From a virus (lineage: Duplodnaviria > Caudoviricetes): a stretch of DNA of 64,000 nucleotides. Below are positions 58,461 through 64,000 of this stretch, piece after piece. The notes below the pieces were generated by a model that saw nothing but the letters and a program-made list of their open reading frames with translations, made no database searches and was not told where the DNA came from. The stretch covers positions 1 through 64,000 of the IMG/VR virus record IMGVR_UViG_3300028370_000004. One strand, 5' to 3'. A program made the position numbers and the translations under genes. Numbering within the stretch: position 1 is the first letter of the stretch; each line of letters starts with the position of its first letter.

Positions 58461-59318
58461 ATGGATCACGCATCACCGAACCCACTGTCAAAACATTTTA
58501 GACAGCCCAAACTTTTTGTAGAATTACCCAGTCGAGGACAGTACTATCCCAACGGTGCAATTAACATTCCTGACAACCATCAATTCCCAGTGCTAGCAAT
58601 GACAGCCAAGGACGAATTGATGTTTAAAACTCCAGATGCATTGCTAAATGGTCAGGCAACAGTGAGTGTTATTCAAAGTTGTTTTCCTAGTATAAAAGAT
58701 GCGTGGAGTGTTCCAAGCATCGACATCGATGCAATACTAATTGCTATTCGCATTGCAACATATGGAGAAATGATGGATCTTGAAATTAAGATTCCACAGA
58801 CCAATGAAGAAAAAGGGTTCTCAGTTGATCTAAGAGTGATGTTGGACACATTGTCAGCCAACGAATATGATAATATAGTAGTGTTTGGCCCGTATACTTT
58901 TGAACTTCGTCCACTTAACTATAAATCGTATACTGAAACAGCAATGAAAACATTTGAAGAACAAAGAATTTTTAAAACAATCAACGACAGAGATCTCGAC
59001 GATGTACAAAAATTAGAAATGTTTACAAAGAGTTTTGACAAATTAACAGACATCAACATCAGACAACTTGCAAAAACAGTTGCATCTGTTACATACGATC
59101 AAGAAGAAGCTGTTACTGATCCCGAATTTATCACTGAATTTTTTGAAAACACCGAGAAAGAAGTGTTTAAATCAATCATCGACAGGATTGACCAAGAGAA
59201 AGTTAAGTTTTCTGTTAGGCCACAAATAATTACAACAACAGACGAAGATAGAGAAAAGGGCGCGCCCGACACATTTGAAGTTCCAATAACGTTTGACCAA
59301 ACAAATTTTTTCGCATGA
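58461..59318 (+). CDS. Baseplate hub assembly protein (gp26-like)
   Basis: ELPSRG..MTAKDE..DIDAILIAIRIATYGE; ends NFFA; GGAG RBS before ATG 58461. Confidence 0.8.
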   Translation: MDHASPNPLSKHFRQPKLFVELPSRGQYYPNGAINIPDNHQFPVLAMTAKDELMFKTPDALLNGQATVSVIQSCFPSIKDAWSVPSIDIDAILIAIRIATYGEMMDLEIKIPQTNEEKGFSVDLRVMLDTLSANEYDNIVVFGPYTFELRPLNYKSYTETAMKTFEEQRIFKTINDRDLDDVQKLEMFTKSFDKLTDINIRQLAKTVASVTYDQEEAVTDPEFITEFFENTEKEVFKSIIDRIDQEKVKFSVRPQIITTTDEDREKGAPDTFEVPITFDQTNFFA

Positions 59319-59542
59319 GGATCTTAACCTGGCCTCTTGAAAAGATATTAGAGGAGGTTGAGGTCCTTGAAAGCCAATGCAAACAATTAAAATTTGATTT
59401 ATCCAAGCTTTGCTGGTTTATGAGAGGCAGTGTGAGCCTAACTGAAGCCTACGAAATGTGCGTCGAAGATAGAGAAATTATTTATAAATTAATCAAAGAG
59501 AATCTAGAAACAGCAAAGGCAACCAAGCAACCGTTCTGGTAA
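59315..59542 (+). CDS. Baseplate hub assembly chaperone (gp51-like)
   Basis: WFMRGSVSLTEAYEM..DREII; ATGA overlap with gp26. Confidence 0.6.
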   Translation: MRILTWPLEKILEEVEVLESQCKQLKFDLSKLCWFMRGSVSLTEAYEMCVEDREIIYKLIKENLETAKATKQPFW

Positions 59543-60265
59543 TTACTTGGTTACTTTGTAACCCTGTGCTTTTAATTTATCAATCATTGCAGCAGTATCG
59601 TCGCTGCCTGCACTGCTGGCGAACTTGCTTTTGCTGAAGCCTGCTTGGTCTCCATAAGCTTTGGTGATTACTTGCTTGAGTATGCCTCTAATCTGTCTTT
59701 TGGACAGTGACGGTTCTTCTTCTGCCTCAGAAATACTTTCAGTTGGTGAAGAATTATTTAATTCTGCTTTTTGTGCTTTACTTGCCATTCGACCAGTCCT
59801 TGAATCTCTCCATTGATTACCCAACCATTTGAATTCAGATCCGTCGGCAGTTTTTGCCACCGATCCACGTTCGCGTGGCTCAGCAGCAGCAGGACTCCCG
59901 GGGGCAGGAGCACTGGTGTCACCAGTAGGGGCACCTCCACCGGACAACGGTGGCTCTTGGCGAGGATTGTCCATTCCGACAGCCCCAGGTCCAGCAGCTT
60001 TATCAGCAGCAGCATCTACAATTGGGTTACCAACTGTCCCAAGACCTTTTTGATTTAAATAATTTTTTACAAGTGACGGTGTGGCAGTTTTGTTTCCTGA
60101 GTTCTTCATGTAAGTTAATAATTCAACTTCCATGGACTGAACTTCATCTTTCAATGATCCTCTAGTTGCTTTGTCAGCTCTCTTCAAATTACGACCCTGC
60201 TTGGTCAGTCCTAAATTCAATTCAACTAGATCATTATTCTCGCATATAACAGTGTACACTTGCAT
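59543..60265 (-). CDS. Hypothetical protein
   Basis: 240 aa; AAGGA RBS; upstream TATAAATA. Confidence 0.7.
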   Translation of the reverse strand: MQVYTVICENNDLVELNLGLTKQGRNLKRADKATRGSLKDEVQSMEVELLTYMKNSGNKTATPSLVKNYLNQKGLGTVGNPIVDAAADKAAGPGAVGMDNPRQEPPLSGGGAPTGDTSAPAPGSPAAAEPRERGSVAKTADGSEFKWLGNQWRDSRTGRMASKAQKAELNNSSPTESISEAEEEPSLSKRQIRGILKQVITKAYGDQAGFSKSKFASSAGSDDTAAMIDKLKAQGYKVTK

Positions 60266-60299
60266 TTACATATCCTTAACTACATTAATATTATTTATA

Positions 60300-60835
60300 C
60301 TTATTAGATGAACTAACGTTCATCTGTTCTTTCGCTGTCGCTCAATCACGTTTCAATCTCTTATAACAAAAGCTTAAAGTTATAATATACATATAGTGAA
60401 CGTCTATTAACACTAGATATTCATGTAGATTGTTTCGGTCAGACGGAACCTTTGTGTGGCCCCGTCGTCTAAAAGATTTACTTCATGTGAGTTATATCCA
60501 GCCATAGACTTTGGAAATAGGTATTTATTATACACAAGTTCATTGGGCTCTGACCTTTCCCAACCTACGTCGACATTGCGCCATGTACATAACATCATAT
60601 ACTAAAGATAATATACAATATAAGATACACAGCACTACCTCCCGCTTCGTTCCGATTGCTAAGGAGTTTTTATGAACTATGTTGTGTTTTTCAATTGACA
60701 GTAAACAATTTATACCAACCGGTGAGCCCAATTTGTTTGGTGGCTTCCTCCCTCTGGGGAGTTGATCAGTATGTTACGTGTGTTCCTATACGGTAACCTT
60801 TTCCACAGCGGAGAATTTATAATCTGGCCCGCCAA
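60300..60835 (-). ncRNA. Candidate large structured non-coding element (RNA or replication origin)
   Basis: ~540 bp with no credible ORF; several hairpins and a 9-bp long-range pairing. Confidence 0.4.
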
Positions 60836-60837
60836 CC

Positions 60838-61119
60838 TTATGTACTGTGATGTTTGCCTAAAAAATTATTTTTTTTTTGCCTTTGAGCGAGTTCTTTGAT
60901 TGCTATTTGTCTTGCATAACTTGTTTTGTCAAATCTACTAATAATAAATTCCAAGTAGCTAACAGTTAACTCAGATATCTCTTTGCCTTTGTGGATACCG
61001 TTTATTGGCCACACCCCTTTGTTTACAAGGTGCTGATAACTGGTATCGTCAATTTGTGATTTTATTAGTTTGCCTAATTCTCGTTGTCGCCAGCCTGTGT
61101 TTTTACTTTTTTTTGGCAT
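60838..61119 (-). CDS. Hypothetical protein
   Basis: 93 aa; GIHKGKEISEL..YL motif. Confidence 0.6.
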   Translation of the reverse strand: MPKKSKNTGWRQRELGKLIKSQIDDTSYQHLVNKGVWPINGIHKGKEISELTVSYLEFIISRFDKTSYARQIAIKELAQRQKKNNFLGKHHST

Positions 61120-61537
61120 GTTCTAACAATCGCTGCCGAAGTATATTTGATCCGCCTACTCTTACGTTAATGATACCGTTGTAGTAATCATCTGTTTCAA
61201 GAACTTTACGATCAAACTGCTGTTTTGCCTCTATGTAACTTAATTCACCTCTGCTCATGCAGTAGAAAAGTATTTCCCTAGTAAATTTGTCGTCACCGAG
61301 TGCAGCGATGTCAGCAAGCAACTTATCCGATGAGCCCCAGTAGGTTCTCCAGTCGCTTTCTTTAGTGCCGCGCCTTTTATTTTTTTTGCCTTTAAGAGGT
61401 GGTTTGGTTGTTTTAAACTCTGTGAGTTTTTTGCCTATGTATTTTCTATTGTTTGTCAAATTTGTAATAAGATAAACGAAGCCTATGTAGCCTTCTGGTA
61501 TATTTTCAACCGGTTCGTCATTGTACATCCATTGCAT
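61103..61537 (-). CDS. GIY-YIG endonuclease (Seg-like)
   Basis: GFVYLITNLTNNRKYIGKK..YWGSS..YYN. Confidence 0.88.
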   Translation of the reverse strand: MQWMYNDEPVENIPEGYIGFVYLITNLTNNRKYIGKKLTEFKTTKPPLKGKKNKRRGTKESDWRTYWGSSDKLLADIAALGDDKFTREILFYCMSRGELSYIEAKQQFDRKVLETDDYYNGIINVRVGGSNILRQRLLEHAKKK

Positions 61538-61559
61538 ACAGTACTTACCTATGAAGTTT

Positions 61560-61799
61560 TTACGGAGCCTTCTTTTTGATATTTTTCTTCTTGATGTAGT
61601 TTTTTTCGCCTTTATACCTGTGTGAATCTAATATTTCTTCTCGTCGATTCTTAGCTAATAACATAATAGTACTCAGCCATTTCCTTGCAGCAACTCGCTT
61701 GGCAAGCGAGGGTTTACGAATAAACACCTCGTTTGCTTTAAAGTATTCTAAAAATGCTCTTGCTAACTGATCGTGCAGGTCGTTATCATCATCTATCAT
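61560..61799 (-). CDS. Hypothetical protein
   Basis: 79 aa ORF in the operon. Confidence 0.65.
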   Translation of the reverse strand: MIDDDNDLHDQLARAFLEYFKANEVFIRKPSLAKRVAARKWLSTIMLLAKNRREEILDSHRYKGEKNYIKKKNIKKKAP

Positions 61800-61803
61800 T
61801 TAG

Positions 61804-63804
61804 TTACACAACACTGCTAATTTCAAGATCGTTACTAAAGGTTGTAAAGCCGTTTTCTTTAATCACCTTTAATAAGTGGTTAACTCTACCAATTAGCTCA
61901 TCTTTGTGAGATATTAAAAATATATTCTTATTTCTTTCTCTTCCCATCTTCTTTAGGATAGCAAGAGAATTTTCAACTCCGGCTGTGTCCATTCCGCTGT
62001 CAATAAGTTCGTCTATGAACAGTAAATTAACACCTTGGTACAACGATTCCCATACATCGCGGAATGCAAAGCTCAATCCTAGGATCAATCTGTTGCGTTC
62101 TCCTCTTGACAAGTTGTCAAAGTCCAAATCTTGGCCTAGTTGTGTGATTTCTACAGATAAATCATTTTGAAATTGTACCTGATGTGGTAATCCTAGCTTG
62201 TCAAGGTATGAAGTTAGCCTGCTGTTGAGGTAAGCAAGGTTTTGATCAATGATCTTCTTGCGAATAAAACTGTCCTTGTTGGTTAACAGCTTGAGAAGGA
62301 ACTCTTGGTGCTCTTTTAGCAATGTAAGTGTGTTTACTTCATCCCAACTCACATCTTGCAATGCAGTTTCGGTTAAATCGTCAATTTGCTGCTGGTAAGG
62401 GTCTTCGTCATCGAGTTTGGTTTGCAGAGCATTGGTTAGTGAGTCGACATTATTTCGATGCTCATAGGCTTCTTTGGCATTTTCATAATAAGTCTTTGGT
62501 CTGCCGTTGATATCGCCAATGTTTTCAAGTGCTGTTAGTACTGTACCGAGTTTACGAGCAACTTCGCTCTGGTATGTAGTAGCATCCTCTAGTTCTTTGT
62601 TCCGTTTAGCTGTAATCTCTGCTTTTTTGTCTGCATGAAGTTCTTGTCCGCATGTGTAACACGTTGCATTGTCTAACCCGGATATATCATTAACAAGTGT
62701 ACTCACACCTTTGTCAGCCCGTAACATAGCAGAGTCCAGTGTTGACTTTTCCTTGTTGAGTGCTGTTATTTCGTTGTTGTGCTTGGTCCAGTTGGCAAGC
62801 AAATCGTGAGCTTCTAGCTCTTTGTCAATGTCTAGACGCTCGAGTTCTGTAATTGCTGACTGAAACTTTACAATATCCTGCTTTGTCTTGGTGTTCCATG
62901 CATTCCGTCGAGTCTTTAGTGTGTTAATACTCTGGCCAATCTTCTCATTGCTTGTTTGAATGGAACTGATCTTAAGAGTTTCTTCGGTAATAGACTCTTT
63001 TGTTCGCTTTACCTTCTCTTTGAGTACTTCGGCCTTCTCGGAAAGCAAGGTAATACCTAATAGCTGTTCGATGATCTCTCTTTGATCATTGGTTCTCATA
63101 CTAAGGAACGGTTCGGAGTAGGTGTTTAGAGCTACAATATGCTTGAACATGTTGTGGGTCATTCCTAGTAATGTACCAATTGCCTTTTGTGTTTCTCTGC
63201 TGTCGCCTTGACTTTCGTCGGTAGTAGCGTCAACTTGTTCAATATCGTTTACATAAAATTTGAGTACATTAGGAGATCTTCCACGCTCGATGCGATAAGT
63301 TAGTCCTCCCTTTTCAAAGTTTAGTGTAACCAACATACCTTTGCGGTTGGTCTTGTTGATCAAGTTGTTCCGTTTGATGTTAGTAAGCGCTTGTCCGTAA
63401 AGCGCATACGACAATGCGTTGATGATAGTGGTATTATGCGAAAGTATGTTGTTTGAATAAAATCTGTGATCATTGCTATCTACTGTTACGTCAAACATAT
63501 TCTCGCAAAGGTCGGTTTTGATAAGTTTTACAACTAGATCAGGACCGTGCTTTGTTATTATTTTTGTTTTGTTTTTGATAATATCTTTAACAAAAATTTC
63601 ATCGAAGCTTTGGTCGAACACAATATGAGTATCAGCACATTCTAGAATTAATCCAGAATCAGTCTCTAGTTTCCACACTGTATATGGAACAGTTTTGTGA
63701 ATAGTAGTTACAGGATGCCACCCGCTATCTGTTTCAATTTCCAAGTTGGATAGATCCAGGCTATCAATAAACTTTCTTTCTATTGTGTTAGAAATTGTAT
63801 GCAT
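61804..63804 (-). CDS. gp46/SbcC/Rad50-like recombination ATPase, C-terminal fragment starting with a 124-aa IntC
   Basis: LECADTHIV block B; MFDVTV..HRFYSNNILSHN|TTIINAL; zinc hook CYTC; LSRGE; LFIDE. Confidence 0.92.
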   Translation of the reverse strand: MHTISNTIERKFIDSLDLSNLEIETDSGWHPVTTIHKTVPYTVWKLETDSGLILECADTHIVFDQSFDEIFVKDIIKNKTKIITKHGPDLVVKLIKTDLCENMFDVTVDSNDHRFYSNNILSHNTTIINALSYALYGQALTNIKRNNLINKTNRKGMLVTLNFEKGGLTYRIERGRSPNVLKFYVNDIEQVDATTDESQGDSRETQKAIGTLLGMTHNMFKHIVALNTYSEPFLSMRTNDQREIIEQLLGITLLSEKAEVLKEKVKRTKESITEETLKISSIQTSNEKIGQSINTLKTRRNAWNTKTKQDIVKFQSAITELERLDIDKELEAHDLLANWTKHNNEITALNKEKSTLDSAMLRADKGVSTLVNDISGLDNATCYTCGQELHADKKAEITAKRNKELEDATTYQSEVARKLGTVLTALENIGDINGRPKTYYENAKEAYEHRNNVDSLTNALQTKLDDEDPYQQQIDDLTETALQDVSWDEVNTLTLLKEHQEFLLKLLTNKDSFIRKKIIDQNLAYLNSRLTSYLDKLGLPHQVQFQNDLSVEITQLGQDLDFDNLSRGERNRLILGLSFAFRDVWESLYQGVNLLFIDELIDSGMDTAGVENSLAILKKMGRERNKNIFLISHKDELIGRVNHLLKVIKENGFTTFSNDLEISSVV

Positions 63805-64000
63805 TTCTCTAATACTTCCTCTTTATTTCTTTTAAAATCACTTTCCCAGACAACTAAAACTTCGTATCCTTGATCTTCGGCAAATTTAATTTTTTGTTCG
63901 TCTAACTTCCATTTTTCAGAAGCTATCAGTTTAGTTCTAGGATTTATATAATCTGCAGAATATTTTTTAGGATTACAGTGCCAAAAGTCTCCGTTGTATT
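63780..64000 (-). CDS. 3' end of a Vsr/DUF559-like endonuclease splitting the gp46 intein (partial)
   Basis: Manual translation YNGDFWHCNPKKY...DEQKIKFAEDQGYEVLVVWESDFKRNKEEVLEKCIQFLTQ*; stop overlaps the IntC start. Confidence 0.8.
   Translation of the reverse strand, partial: YNGDFWHCNPKKYSADYINPRTKLIASEKWKLDEQKIKFAEDQGYEVLVVWESDFKRNKEEVLEKCIQFLTQ

Noticed and set aside
60413-60731. Two ~60-aa ORFs inside the non-coding tract
   Set aside because: No RBS, no recognisable motifs, and they overlap each other and predicted stems; probably spurious.
1-64000. tRNA or rRNA genes
   Set aside because: No cloverleaf with a T-loop consensus was seen in the intergenic regions by eye; tRNAscan-SE would be needed to exclude them fully.
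1-64000. Host or genus assignment
   Set aside because: Sigma70-like promoters and leaderless starts are suggestive but not diagnostic; needs a phylogeny of gp23/TerL and host prediction.

Overview
64 kb of a large T4-like (myovirus) phage genome, almost all on the minus strand. It holds the recombination genes (uvsY, uvsX, gp32, gp46) and the morphogenesis module (TerL/TerS, portal, protease, scaffold, major capsid, neck, sheath, tube, tape-measure-like, baseplate hub). It also holds a glycosylation cassette, three FG-GAP propeller genes, a collagen-like fibre and at least six free-standing endonuclease genes. Main result: the large terminase is encoded as three separate ORFs. They can only give a full enzyme by two protein trans-splicing reactions through two atypically split inteins (IntN 39 and 31 aa; IntC 112 and 114 aa), each split by a different free-standing endonuclease gene. 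A third split intein of the same design starts gp46 at the right edge, and the portal carries a contiguous HNH intein. Other observations: two candidate structured non-coding RNAs (45.2-45.5 kb and 60.3-60.8 kb), combinatorially mosaic FG-GAP repeats, apparent ATA start codons, leaderless late transcripts and a candidate -1 frameshift between gp26 and gp51. All calls come from motif reading by eye; no database searches or folding programs were run.
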